Shown here piece by piece: positions 45,713 through 55,470 of a stretch of DNA of 64,000 nt. The notes below the pieces were generated by a model that saw only the letters and a program-made list of their open reading frames with translations, did no database searches and was not told the origin of the DNA. Origin of the DNA: an uncultured Pseudomonadota bacterium (GTDB lineage: Bacteria > Pseudomonadota > Gammaproteobacteria > CAJXQU01). Numbering within the stretch: the first letter of the stretch is position 1; each line of letters begins with the position of its first letter. Position numbers and translations under genes: made by a program. Where the stretch lies: NCBI GenBank assembly GCA_913058255.1, contig CAJXQU010000004.1, positions 95,302-159,301 on the forward strand, in the 5' to 3' direction.

Positions 45713-46296
45713 ATGGGATCGATTATTACACCTGAGCAAGAACCTAAGCTGCTACCTGGTGACTTAGCCATCTGGTTGTTTATTTTTATGGAGGTTTTGG
45801 TCTTTGGCATTTTTTTATTGTTTATGCCATCACACGTTTGCAGAATGTAGAGATGTTCAATCAATACCAGTTAATGCTTAATCGCGAGTTAGGTACAGTG
45901 AACACCTTGTTACTGATCAGCTCTAGTTATTTTGTTGTTCGTAGTATTCATGCGATTAGAAAAGACAATGTAAAGAGCTGTATCAATTGGTTATATGCTG
46001 CACTGGCAGGTGGTGCTGGTTTTTTGAGCATAAAATCAATGGAGTACTCCGATAAATTTTATGCTGGAGTTACTCTCGATACAAATACCTTTTATATGTT
46101 TTATTTATCGTTGACGGTATTTCACTTTTTACACGTGGTTATCGGTATGTTGATCTTGTTTGGGGTGATAATAAAAGCTAAGAAAGGTTCATACAGTGCT
46201 GACAATCATATCGGCATAGAAACAGGCGCTTCCTACTGGCATATGGTTGACTTGGTGTGGATTATTTTATTCCCATTAGTCTATATCATTCGATGA
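45713..46296 (+). pseudogene. NorE/Cox subunit III-like gene (copy 1), frameshifted in a T run
   Basis: ATG at 45713 reads MGSIITPEQEPKLLPGDLAIWLFIFMEVLVFGIF; T7 at 45810-45816 is one base short of joining the ...QNVEMF...FHFLHV...YWHMVDLVW frame. Confidence 0.8.
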
Positions 46297-46553
46297 AAGT
46301 CTATTACAACATTCATATGATCTGGTTTGTCATGTTGATTTTAACATTGCTGAGTTATTCGATCGGTGAATCGAATTCTAGTGGAACCGTTGCAGCCATT
46401 TTTTTGTTAATAACAGCATTGACAAAAGGCTATTTTCTTATCAATGATTTTATGGAGTTGAGAGACGTTTCATTCTTGTGGCGTGCCATTATGTTTGGCT
46501 GGCTTTGGTGTGTCTCACTTAGCCTTATAGGTATTTACATTTTTAGCGTTTGA
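46293..46553 (+). CDS. NorF/Cox subunit IV-like membrane protein (copy 1)
   Basis: Three TMs, K..LINDFMELR motif; ATGA overlap with the upstream gene. Confidence 0.8.
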   Translation: MKVYYNIHMIWFVMLILTLLSYSIGESNSSGTVAAIFLLITALTKGYFLINDFMELRDVSFLWRAIMFGWLWCVSLSLIGIYIFSV

Positions 46554-46568
46554 GAAGAGGAGGTTTAA

Positions 46569-47024
46569 ATGACCTTAGAAAAAATAGTTTTAGAGACAAG
46601 TACTATTCCTCGAGTAGATCTGGATTTTATGAACCATACACATTTTGAAGAAGTTGAAATGGTCGAACAAGTTGGGCAGCTAGTGAAGGCTTTTCAAGAT
46701 GGTACAACACACTCAGAAAAGCAGCTGGCAGATATAACGGCGGCACTGGAAGACTGGGTGCAACATACTCAAGAACATTTCAAGCGAGAAAATACCCTGA
46801 TGCTCGACACAGGCTTTCCTGCCTATCCAACACATTCCGGGGAGCATGAAAAAGTGATGGTGGAAATGCAAGCTGTTGCCAATCATTGGAAAGAAAATTC
46901 AGATATCGATACATTGGCTGAATATGTGTTTAGTCTTTGGCCCGAATGGTTTAACGCCCATGTTAATTCCATGGATATGATGACTGCAAAATTTGCGATG
47001 ATGCAGGGCTATAGTGCAGAGTAA
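46569..47024 (+). CDS. Hemerythrin-like di-iron protein
   Basis: MNHTH, HTQEHFKRE, HSGEH and HVNSMD ligand pattern. Confidence 0.88.
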   Translation: MTLEKIVLETSTIPRVDLDFMNHTHFEEVEMVEQVGQLVKAFQDGTTHSEKQLADITAALEDWVQHTQEHFKRENTLMLDTGFPAYPTHSGEHEKVMVEMQAVANHWKENSDIDTLAEYVFSLWPEWFNAHVNSMDMMTAKFAMMQGYSAE

Positions 47025-47068
47025 AGTCCTCTTTCAATCGGATAAATCTTGTCGAAAAAGGAAACTAA

Positions 47069-47860
47069 ATGAAGAATAAAAAAGAGCTGCCATTCTATCA
47101 AGCCCAGCACAATGAAATTGAATTGTTTGAGCATGCCTATAGCAATCAATTACCACTATTGATTAAGGGACCAACAGGTTGTGGTAAGACCCGGTTTATT
47201 GAACATATGGCTACAAAGTTAGATCGGTCTTTATACACAATTGCCTGTCATGATGACCTGACAGCGGCTGATCTAATCGGGCGGCATTTAATTGGTGATG
47301 GCGAAACCTACTGGCACGATGGACCATTAAGTAAAGCCGTACGCGAAGGTGCTATTTGTTATTTGGATGAAGTCGTCGAAGCGCGTAAAGACACCACCGT
47401 GGTTTTACATCCGCTATCTGATGACCGTCGAGCTTTGCCGATAGAAAGAACGGGGGAGGTATTAAAAGCGCCGCCAGAATTCATGTTGGTCGTTTCATAT
47501 AATCCGGGTTATCAAAACTTGCTTAAAGGTATGAAGCCTTCAACACGCCAGCGTTTTCTTTCCATGCGTTTTGATTATCCGGATATAGAAACAGAAAATA
47601 AAATTGTGCAAACAGAAACAGGGATTGATCAAGCAACCTCTATAAATTTAATCGAACTCGTTCACGCGTTACGGGTTTTGAAAGATCATGATCTTGAAGA
47701 ATCTGCTTCGACACGACTGTTAGTTTATGCAGCGACATTGATCAAATCAGGATTTGATCCTTTAGAAGCATGTCGTGCAGCGATTGTTGAACCGTTGACT
47801 GATGACGAAGAAACCGTGATGGCATTAATGGAAGTCGTGCGGGCAAAAATGGGTGACTAA
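47069..47860 (+). CDS. norQ: NorQ AAA+ ATPase (CbbQ/NirQ/NorQ)
   Basis: GPTGCGKT, YLDEVVEAR, YNPGYQ and STRLL motifs. Confidence 0.95.
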   Translation: MKNKKELPFYQAQHNEIELFEHAYSNQLPLLIKGPTGCGKTRFIEHMATKLDRSLYTIACHDDLTAADLIGRHLIGDGETYWHDGPLSKAVREGAICYLDEVVEARKDTTVVLHPLSDDRRALPIERTGEVLKAPPEFMLVVSYNPGYQNLLKGMKPSTRQRFLSMRFDYPDIETENKIVQTETGIDQATSINLIELVHALRVLKDHDLEESASTRLLVYAATLIKSGFDPLEACRAAIVEPLTDDEETVMALMEVVRAKMGD

Positions 47861-48249
47861 TGAATGAGCTAAGTAGCAATGAAGATTACACGGGAGCTTT
47901 TGCGGAAGCATTCTTTATCGGCAACCTTTTGTTTATCGGTTTTTTTTATATAGCACTTTGGGGATTGTATCTTTCAGCTTATGAAAAAACCACATCGATC
48001 AATAAAAAGCATTTACAGCAAACCTTAGCCGCTAGTTCTGTTACTACATTGATCGTTATTTTATTAAATATTTTTATTATTCTGACTAGTGGATATGCTT
48101 CTGCAACGGCTTTGATTGTGGCTGAGGTTTATTTGATGGTGCTCGTTCCCATTTTTTTATTTTTAGGGATCTGGGGTTTTGTAAAGGCTATTAATCATCA
48201 GGATTACAGTTACCCTTTGATAAGTAAGTATGTTGATTTCAAAGGGTAA
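47860..48249 (+). CDS. Small 3-TM nor-cluster membrane protein (copy 2)
   Basis: AEAFFIGNLL...HLQQTLAAS...YSYPLI; paralogous pattern to 45280-45645. Confidence 0.72.
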   Translation: MNELSSNEDYTGAFAEAFFIGNLLFIGFFYIALWGLYLSAYEKTTSINKKHLQQTLAASSVTTLIVILLNIFIILTSGYASATALIVAEVYLMVLVPIFLFLGIWGFVKAINHQDYSYPLISKYVDFKG

Positions 48250-48254
48250 TTGGA

Positions 48255-48866
48255 ATGAGCACTGTCTTCGATAATAATACTTCAATAAAGATGAGGATAG
48301 AGTTTCCCAAAACGAAATTAATTCCAGGCAGCATGGCTATCTGGGCCGCGATTCTTTCAGAGATGACTGAGTTCGCACTTATGTTTATCGTTTATTTTTT
48401 AGCCAAAGTGCATAACCCAGAGATATTCTACGAAGGACCAACCAAGCTAAATACCTCCGCTGGTACGGTTAACACGCTGATTATGCTGACCAGTAGTTAT
48501 TTTGTAGTGCGAGCAGTGATGGCAATACGAGAAAATAATTCTACTTCGAGTGCCCGCTGGTTATGGGGTGCCGTCATCTGTGGTGGGCTCTACTTAGTTA
48601 TTAAATATTTTGAATATCAGTGGAATATTGCACAAGGTTTAGATACACACAAAAATATTTTCTATGGCGTTTATTACTATGTGACCTTCAATCATTTCTT
48701 ACATGTTGGTTGGGGGACGGCTGGACTAGTTTGGGTTATCTATCGGCTTAATACAGGTGTCTATACAAAAGATGAACATGAAGGACTGATCAATATGGCT
48801 TTGTATTGGCATATGATTGATCTCGCATGGATTACTATTTTCCCATTACTTTATGTGATTCGGTGA
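48255..48866 (+). CDS. norE: NorE/Cox subunit III-like protein (copy 2, intact)
   Basis: IPGSMAIW, NTLIMLTSSYFV, HFLHV and YWHMIDLAW motifs. Confidence 0.8.
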   Translation: MSTVFDNNTSIKMRIEFPKTKLIPGSMAIWAAILSEMTEFALMFIVYFLAKVHNPEIFYEGPTKLNTSAGTVNTLIMLTSSYFVVRAVMAIRENNSTSSARWLWGAVICGGLYLVIKYFEYQWNIAQGLDTHKNIFYGVYYYVTFNHFLHVGWGTAGLVWVIYRLNTGVYTKDEHEGLINMALYWHMIDLAWITIFPLLYVIR

Positions 48867-48875
48867 GCTAGAACA

Positions 48876-49169
48876 ATGTGTTTAAATAAGCTTCAAATAA
48901 TCGATTATTTATGGCTATTACTTATAACCTTAACCTTGTTTAGTGCCTATATGGCAGAGCGATCAACTCCCGAACTTATGAGCGTTCTCATTATGGCGGC
49001 TGTGCTGGCAATTAAAGGCAGGATTATTGTTGATCATTTTATGGAGCTGAAACACTCTCACAGGTTACTGCGTCGATTAATGCAAACGTATTTTTATGTA
49101 ATACCAGCATTAATATTGCTTGTTTATTTGTTTCCCGAAAAAATTGCTAAATGGACTAGTTTGTCATAA
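48876..49169 (+). CDS. NorF/Cox subunit IV-like protein (copy 2)
   Basis: KGRIIVDHFMELK motif, three TMs. Confidence 0.8.
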   Translation: MCLNKLQIIDYLWLLLITLTLFSAYMAERSTPELMSVLIMAAVLAIKGRIIVDHFMELKHSHRLLRRLMQTYFYVIPALILLVYLFPEKIAKWTSLS

Positions 49170-49188
49170 CAAACAATAAAGGAAAATA

Positions 49189-49392
49189 ATGCATAAATGT
49201 ATTTGTAAACATTGTAGTCACCGCGTTGTTGCTGAAGATATCCGTTGCGCCGGTTGTGGAATTCCTTTGCCACCAAGCCATGCAAAATCTTCACATAAAA
49301 AATTTGTAATATTTTTTATTGGCATCGTTATTTTTTGTGTTTTCATGATAATTTGGTTACCTCCAAGTTGGTCATCATTTTTAGACAAATAA
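49189..49392 (+). CDS. Small zinc-ribbon membrane protein, DnrP-like
   Basis: CKHC...CAGCGIPLP plus a C-terminal TM ending WLPP; resembles the Pseudomonas norD/dnr-linked small protein (from recollection). Confidence 0.65.
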   Translation: MHKCICKHCSHRVVAEDIRCAGCGIPLPPSHAKSSHKKFVIFFIGIVIFCVFMIIWLPPSWSSFLDK

Positions 49393-49396
49393 TGAC

Positions 49397-51232
49397 ATGT
49401 TAGAAGAAATTGTAGGCTCAACATGGCATCGTTTTATTACCCAACGAGCTGAGAAACACTATCCTGAAGCGATTGTGCATTTAGGTGATGTACGTAAAAC
49501 TTCTGGCATTTTCTTTCGTGCCTTGGGTGGTGAAAGTGGTTTACGAGTTGAGAGTTCTACCGACTCGGATGTTTATGCACAGCGATCAATTCTAGAAAAA
49601 ATTGCTGGCATTGGGGGAAAAACTCAATATACATGGCGTGATGAAGAAACATTAAGGTTACCGGAATCGATTGCACTGTTTCCTAAGCGACAATTAAATA
49701 TTGATCTGTATTTATGGCTGATTGCTTTGTCGGTAACTGATGCTGACGGCAATGATTGGATTAGTCGAAATCAGTCTAGAACGTTAAAAATATTAGAAGC
49801 TTGGCCAGGATTAAGGAGGCGTTATGAAGTCTTGATGACAGCACATCTAGTGCAAAGACCAGAACCTAACAGTTTATCTAAAGATGAAGCCAAACAAGAA
49901 TTGGTCATCCGTGCTGCGCTACTCGAGCCCGAGTTATTAGTGAGTTTAGAGTACGCTAAACGACCTCCGACCCCTGTGCCTCTATGGCTACATCCAGCGC
50001 CACCACCTCTAGAATTTGTACAGAAAAAATCGTTGTCAGATCCTGATCAGCCAGATCAAGCTGAATCTAAAAATAACTCATCCAATCAACAGAAACGTAA
50101 ACAGGGCGACCGAACCGATATGCCAGACGGTAACGATGGCTTGATGAGCTTTCGTTTGGAAAGCTTATGGAGTTGGGGGGAGTACAGCAAGGTTGATCGA
50201 ACTAGTAGTGAAGATGACGATGATGATGTCATGCAAACAGCGGATGATATGGATACTATATCTGTCGCTCAAGATAGTGAGACCACCACAAGTAAAATTA
50301 AATTAGATATTGATCTGCCCGCTAGTGAATATGATGACATAATTTTAGGTGAAGGTATTTCTATCGATGAGTGGGACTATAAAAAACAAATTTTACAAAA
50401 GGATCACTGTCGAATTATTCCGATGGTCTCGCGTAATGTGGATGATATTGAATTGCCTACAAAACTACAGGCGCAGGCACGAAAAATACGTCGTCAATTT
50501 GAAATAATACGTCCACAAAGACATTGGCTAAGTCGACAGTCTGAAGGTATGGAGTTAGATTTGGAAAGTTATATTAATTTTATAACTGATCGAAAACATG
50601 GGTATGTTCAAAGTGATACTCCTGTTTATCGAGATTTACGTAACCAAACACGTGATTTGTCTTGTTTGTTATTGGCGGATCTTTCTTTATCGACAGATGC
50701 ACATATTAGCAATACGAAGCGTGTTATCGATGTTATTCGTGAGTCTTTATATCTTTTTTCTGAAGCCCTGAGTGTTACCGGTGATCGGTTTGCCTTACAT
50801 GGTTTTTCTTCGAGAAATAGAAATCATGTTCGTTTTTACGACATAAAAAGTTTTGATGATGACTATAATAATAGAACACATGGTCATATAAATGCAGTTA
50901 AGCCGGGTTATTACACACGTATGGGTACTGCTATTCGGTACGCATCTCAATTATTAGAAAAAGAAGATTCTAGTCAAAAATTATTACTGATACTAACAGA
51001 TGGAAAGCCAAACGATCTGGATAAGTACGAAGGTCGATATGGTCTAGAAGACACACGGCAAGCGATACTTGAAGCTGAAAAGAAAGGTTTGCAGCCATTC
51101 TGTGTCACGATCGATGAAAAATCTGAAGATTATTTAGCTCATTTGTTTGGAAAAAACTCGTTTGTACTGATCAAAAACACAGAAGAATTGCCCACCAAAT
51201 TACCCTTGCTCTACCTTCGTTTGACTTACTGA
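49397..51232 (+). CDS. norD: NO reductase activation protein NorD (VWA)
   Basis: EWDY, DLSLST MIDAS, PGYYTRMG and LTDGKPND motifs. Confidence 0.95.
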   Translation: MLEEIVGSTWHRFITQRAEKHYPEAIVHLGDVRKTSGIFFRALGGESGLRVESSTDSDVYAQRSILEKIAGIGGKTQYTWRDEETLRLPESIALFPKRQLNIDLYLWLIALSVTDADGNDWISRNQSRTLKILEAWPGLRRRYEVLMTAHLVQRPEPNSLSKDEAKQELVIRAALLEPELLVSLEYAKRPPTPVPLWLHPAPPPLEFVQKKSLSDPDQPDQAESKNNSSNQQKRKQGDRTDMPDGNDGLMSFRLESLWSWGEYSKVDRTSSEDDDDDVMQTADDMDTISVAQDSETTTSKIKLDIDLPASEYDDIILGEGISIDEWDYKKQILQKDHCRIIPMVSRNVDDIELPTKLQAQARKIRRQFEIIRPQRHWLSRQSEGMELDLESYINFITDRKHGYVQSDTPVYRDLRNQTRDLSCLLLADLSLSTDAHISNTKRVIDVIRESLYLFSEALSVTGDRFALHGFSSRNRNHVRFYDIKSFDDDYNNRTHGHINAVKPGYYTRMGTAIRYASQLLEKEDSSQKLLLILTDGKPNDLDKYEGRYGLEDTRQAILEAEKKGLQPFCVTIDEKSEDYLAHLFGKNSFVLIKNTEELPTKLPLLYLRLTY

Positions 51233-51273
51233 TATTGTTTTTATTAATTGTCATGAAAAACAAATTTTAAGAT

Positions 51274-51287
51274 TTGATTTAGATCAA
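51274..51287 (+). promoter_or_regulatory. DNR/FNR box upstream of nirK
   Basis: Perfect TTGAT-TTAG-ATCAA. Confidence 0.88.
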
Positions 51288-51361
51288 TGTTTTGGACAAA
51301 TTGTCGCAGCATACTTCTCCTGAAGTTATCGTTTAATGTTATAAATAACGGAGAAAGTATA

Positions 51362-52492
51362 GTGAACCAATTGTATAAAAAGATAAGTCTGGGAGCTGTG
51401 ATGGCAACATCTTTAATGGCATTGACGGCCTCATCTTCTGCTGAAGAGACGATAGATATCAGCAACATTTCAATTTCAAGTGAGGCTAAAATTGAAGGAT
51501 TAGAACGAGTTACTCAAACATTAGTTGCACCACCATATTTACCCGAACATAATCAGATTTCTGTAGGCGCACCAAAAATTGTCGAAATAACGATGGTGAT
51601 CGAAGAGAAAGAGTTGGAAATTGCTTCGGGTGTTTTTGCCCAAGCTATGACTTTTGAAGGTACAAACCCAGGACCAATGATCGTCGTCCATCAAGACGAC
51701 TATGTGGAGTTGACGTTGGTCAACCCTAAAACAAATAGCATGTTACATAATATAGATTTTCATGCTTCAACAGGTGCACTAGGTGGCGGTGGGTTAACGA
51801 ATGTAGCGCCGGGCCAACAAGTAAAACTACGTTTCAAAGCAACTAAGCCTGGTGTGTTTGTTTATCATTGCGCTCCTGGAGGCGCTATGATTCCATACCA
51901 TGTTGTCACGGGTATGAATGGCGCGATAATGATTCTTCCTCGCGAAGGTTTGAAAGATGATGCAGGTAAATCAGTATCATATGACAAAGCTTACTACATA
52001 GGCGAGCAGGATTGGTACATTCCTCAAGATGCTGATGGTAAATTCAAACGGTATGACTCTCCAGCAGCAGCAATGGGTGAAACTATGGAGATCATGAAAA
52101 ACCTGACTCCAACACACCTTACTTTCAATGGTAAAGTTGGTGCTCTAACCGGTGATAAAGCGATGAAAGCCAAGGTTGGTGAAACTGTTTTATTTATCCA
52201 CTCTCAAGCTAATCGTGATTCTCGCGTACATTTGATCGGCGGTCATGGTGATCTAGTATGGCATGGTGGCTCGTTTAATGATGCCCCTGCTACTAACCTT
52301 GAAACATGGGCTGTTGCTGGCGGTGAAGCGACTGCTGCTTTATATACTTTCCTACAACCTGGACTCTATGCTTATGTAAACCATAACCTGATAGAAGCTA
52401 TCTTACTCGGTGCGGCAGGACATGTTTCAGTTGAAGGTGAATGGAATAATGACTTAATGGAGCAGGTTGAAAAACCTGGAGAAATTAAGTAA
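51362..52492 (+). CDS. nirK: Copper-containing nitrite reductase
   Basis: HNIDFH, YHCAP...[27 protein letters not shown] before GTG at 51362; signal peptide. Confidence 0.97.
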   Translation: MNQLYKKISLGAVMATSLMALTASSSAEETIDISNISISSEAKIEGLERVTQTLVAPPYLPEHNQISVGAPKIVEITMVIEEKELEIASGVFAQAMTFEGTNPGPMIVVHQDDYVELTLVNPKTNSMLHNIDFHASTGALGGGGLTNVAPGQQVKLRFKATKPGVFVYHCAPGGAMIPYHVVTGMNGAIMILPREGLKDDAGKSVSYDKAYYIGEQDWYIPQDADGKFKRYDSPAAAMGETMEIMKNLTPTHLTFNGKVGALTGDKAMKAKVGETVLFIHSQANRDSRVHLIGGHGDLVWHGGSFNDAPATNLETWAVAGGEATAALYTFLQPGLYAYVNHNLIEAILLGAAGHVSVEGEWNNDLMEQVEKPGEIK

Positions 52493-52532
52493 TTTCTAGA
52501 GCAATTTTTCTAGTAGGTATTCTTGATTGTGA

Positions 52533-53444
52533 ATGCTTACTAGACTTCTAATTATGAAAACTTCAACTCTAAAATATGTATTCATATTACTTATCAGTTT
52601 GGTAAGTATCGAAGTATTTTCAGAGAATAGGATACCTGTTAAAGAACATCCTTCATCACTGAATAGTATGGTGGCACAGTTGATGGGTTGGTATGGAAGA
52701 TTGCTTCCAGCAGAGCGCAATATTTTTTTTAATCAGATAGACAAAGAATTTAAAGACTCTCTAAAACAATATCCTCATGATATTGAGCATTTAAAAATAA
52801 TCAGCTCCCAACTGGTTAACTCATCTAAAAAAGGATTATTGCAATTTAATGTAACAATCAATATAAAATCAAAAAAACCAGCGGGATCTATTTGGATGAC
52901 CATAAAAGAGCAATTTTTATTTAATGAAAAAAAAGATGGATCGATAGTGTTAGAGAAAATTATTTTAAAAGGAAAGCTTACGGAAGAAGAAAGAGAATTG
53001 AGTGAAAATACTAATCGAATGTATTTTAAATCAAGAGAATTTGCCTATTCATGGCTTGCATACATGGATGGGTTTGGTTCTGTTAAGAAAACAATAAACT
53101 TAGAGAGTTGGATTGAAAGTTCAGTCTATAATGTTCAAATAGGTAGTAAACAAATCAATGGATCAGTAGCTTCATCCTTGAGGCAACGAAGCGTTTATTT
53201 ACACACGGGCCAACACACGCTTCGTTCCATTGATATCACTCAAGATGATGAGTCACAAAATACTTACGTATTAGATCTTACTATGGATTGGAAAGGTTTT
53301 AATGTTAAAACAGTACCTGTTATTGCAAAAATAAACCAAAAAATAAAAATAAAAATAAACAACGATGGAACGTGGTATGTCCTTTTTATAGAAGAGAAGC
53401 ATCTTATTCCAGATCTAACACCTTGGCAGAATTTGTTATGTTAA
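52533..53444 (+). CDS. Hypothetical exported protein in the nirK operon
   Basis: 303-aa AT-rich ORF with a signal peptide; overlaps the start of the SCO gene. Confidence 0.65.
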   Translation: MLTRLLIMKTSTLKYVFILLISLVSIEVFSENRIPVKEHPSSLNSMVAQLMGWYGRLLPAERNIFFNQIDKEFKDSLKQYPHDIEHLKIISSQLVNSSKKGLLQFNVTINIKSKKPAGSIWMTIKEQFLFNEKKDGSIVLEKIILKGKLTEEERELSENTNRMYFKSREFAYSWLAYMDGFGSVKKTINLESWIESSVYNVQIGSKQINGSVASSLRQRSVYLHTGQHTLRSIDITQDDESQNTYVLDLTMDWKGFNVKTVPVIAKINQKIKIKINNDGTWYVLFIEEKHLIPDLTPWQNLLC

Positions 53445-54070
53445 AAAAAATTGTTGCTTATATTTTATATACTTTCATCTCAATAAATATGGCCTATGCT
53501 GACACTGATGTTTTACCCATATTAAGTGGTGTTGGTGGTAATTTCAATGCGGTTGATAGCGATGGAAATATGGTCGAGTTCAACAGTTATTTTGGCAATG
53601 TCGTCGTCATTGCCTTTGGTTATACTAACTGTGCAGACATTTGTCCTTTTACATTAGGTTATTTAAAAAAACTATATGCTCAATTAAATGAAGAAGAGCA
53701 GGAACATGTTAAGATTTTATTTGTGACAGTCGACCCAGAATATGACACCCCAGCACACCTAAATGATTTTCTCAATTATTTTAATAAAGATTTTATAGGT
53801 ATATCAGGGACAAAAGAACAGACAGATCACATCGTCTCAATTTACCAAGCTCAATATAATGAACTCTCCAGAGAAGGAATGCCGACTCATAATATTCGGC
53901 GGATTAACACTAAATTACTTGAGAACGATGAAGAGGAAAAGGCAAAGTTGTTTAGTCACAGTGTCTCGATATATTTAGTGGATAAAGAGGGTTTTACTCG
54001 CAGCATAGAATTTACAGGAACTCCAAAAGATAAATTTGTGGAAAAAATTCAACAACTCATTAAAGAGTAA
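53438..54070 (+). CDS. SCO1/SenC copper chaperone
   Basis: FGYTNCADICP, VTVDPEYDTP and the conserved His in FSHS. Confidence 0.93.
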   Translation: MLKKIVAYILYTFISINMAYADTDVLPILSGVGGNFNAVDSDGNMVEFNSYFGNVVVIAFGYTNCADICPFTLGYLKKLYAQLNEEEQEHVKILFVTVDPEYDTPAHLNDFLNYFNKDFIGISGTKEQTDHIVSIYQAQYNELSREGMPTHNIRRINTKLLENDEEEKAKLFSHSVSIYLVDKEGFTRSIEFTGTPKDKFVEKIQQLIKE

Positions 54071-54079
54071 TAGCAAAAA

Positions 54080-54511
54080 ATGAAATTATTTAAATTGTGT
54101 CTCGTATTAGTTCTTATATCACTGAGTTTTATAAGCAATGCTGAGATTGTAACTGAAAACTTTCGGGTGATGATGGCTCCAAAGATAGCCAAAAACACGG
54201 CAGGCTATGGAGTAATAAAGAACACAGGAAGTGAAGCTGACACTCTGAATAGTGTATGTAGTGATACCGTAGATGTTATGTTTCACAAAACTGAAATTAG
54301 ATCAGGTATGGCAAAAATGGTTCACCTTTCAGACGTTGTCATCAAAGCGGGACAAGAGCTTGTGTTAGAAGCCATGTCATACCATCTAATGTTGTTTGAT
54401 TTTCATTCAGCAGAGTTTAAAGAAGGTGGGAAAATTACTTTCTTTTTGAATTTTAAAAAAGCGGGTGTAGTTAAAGTTGAAGCTTCTATCATTACTACAG
54501 ATAGCAGTTGA
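54080..54511 (+). CDS. PCu(A)C copper chaperone
   Basis: Signal peptide and H-x10-M...HLM motif (FHKTEIRSGMAKM...YHLML). Confidence 0.9.
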   Translation: MKLFKLCLVLVLISLSFISNAEIVTENFRVMMAPKIAKNTAGYGVIKNTGSEADTLNSVCSDTVDVMFHKTEIRSGMAKMVHLSDVVIKAGQELVLEAMSYHLMLFDFHSAEFKEGGKITFFLNFKKAGVVKVEASIITTDSS

Positions 54512-54868
54512 GCCTCATGATTATTTTTTAGCTTATAAGGTTCTGATTTATCATAGATTCGTTAGTTAAGAAGACCTCTCTTTAAATTATGGAGTAAATT
54601 ATTTTCTTCTGGATTTTTAGTTACCTATTCACAATCAAAGTTTATTGCTTCCTCTATGGCAATCAATTTATTTTTTGAACATGGTTGTACCCGGAGAATT
54701 AATTCAAAATGATAGACATAGATTTATTTAGAGACTTGAAACAATTGATAAATAGCGCGCTCTTAAATTAAGGGTGGGAATTAATTACTTCTATTTTTGA
54801 TATGGGAGTTAAAGCTGATATTAAGAAAAAATATTGGTGGGAAAGTAATATTAGCAATTTATAGTAAG

Positions 54869-54899
54869 GCCAACTCATAAATGAATATTATGAGTTGGC
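54869..54899. terminator. Stem-loop after the cytochrome c gene
   Basis: GCCAACTCATAA...TTATGAGTTGGC. Confidence 0.7.
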
Positions 54900-54908
54900 G
54901 AAACAGCC

Positions 54909-55217
54909 TTACTTTAAACTAGAGTAATATGCAGCAAGATTTTCTATGTCGTCACCAGTCAAGGCCGTTACCATCGAAGACATTAATGGATCTTTACGAG
55001 AACCTGACTTAAATGCTTTGATCTGTTTTGCTAGATAGCCTTTTTGTTGACCTTTAAGGTTAGGCCAGAGAGAGTTAGAACTCACACCTTCCACACCATG
55101 ACAAGCAATACATGTTTGAGATTTTGTTTTTCCAGCTTCAATATCTGCTGCCTTAATGTTTGTGCTAATTAGTAAGAATGTTGATGCTGCTAGTAGAATC
55201 ATAATTCTTGCTCTCAT
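54909..55217 (-). CDS. Monoheme class I cytochrome c (c553-like)
   Basis: Signal peptide, CIACH, WPNLKGQ, distal Met (PLMS). Confidence 0.93.
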   Translation of the reverse strand: MRARIMILLAASTFLLISTNIKAADIEAGKTKSQTCIACHGVEGVSSNSLWPNLKGQQKGYLAKQIKAFKSGSRKDPLMSSMVTALTGDDIENLAAYYSSLK

Positions 55218-55272
55218 GATTTTCTCCGAATCTATGAGACCTCACTGTATCAGCTACGTTGTTCTTTTTTCA

Positions 55273-55286
55273 TTGATCTATATCAA
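55273..55286 (-). promoter_or_regulatory. DNR/FNR box upstream of cytochrome c
   Basis: Perfect TTGAT-CTAT-ATCAA. Confidence 0.85.
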
Positions 55287-55470
55287 GTTTGTTCGGTTGC
55301 TCAATATGCTTTATATTCTGTTCTTATCAGAGAAATAAAGTGTAAATAGATACTGTAAAGCTATCTTGCATGCAATGGTTATTTTTGTAAACCCACTAGA
55401 ACTACCGTATTGTGTTGTGTAACGATGTAACACGGATTAGTTATATGGAATTAAAAAAAAGGGAAAAATC

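Noticed and set aside
51287..51361. Extended nirK N-terminus from the ORF track
   Set aside because: It overlaps the DNR box and promoter; the SD and signal peptide favour GTG at 51362.
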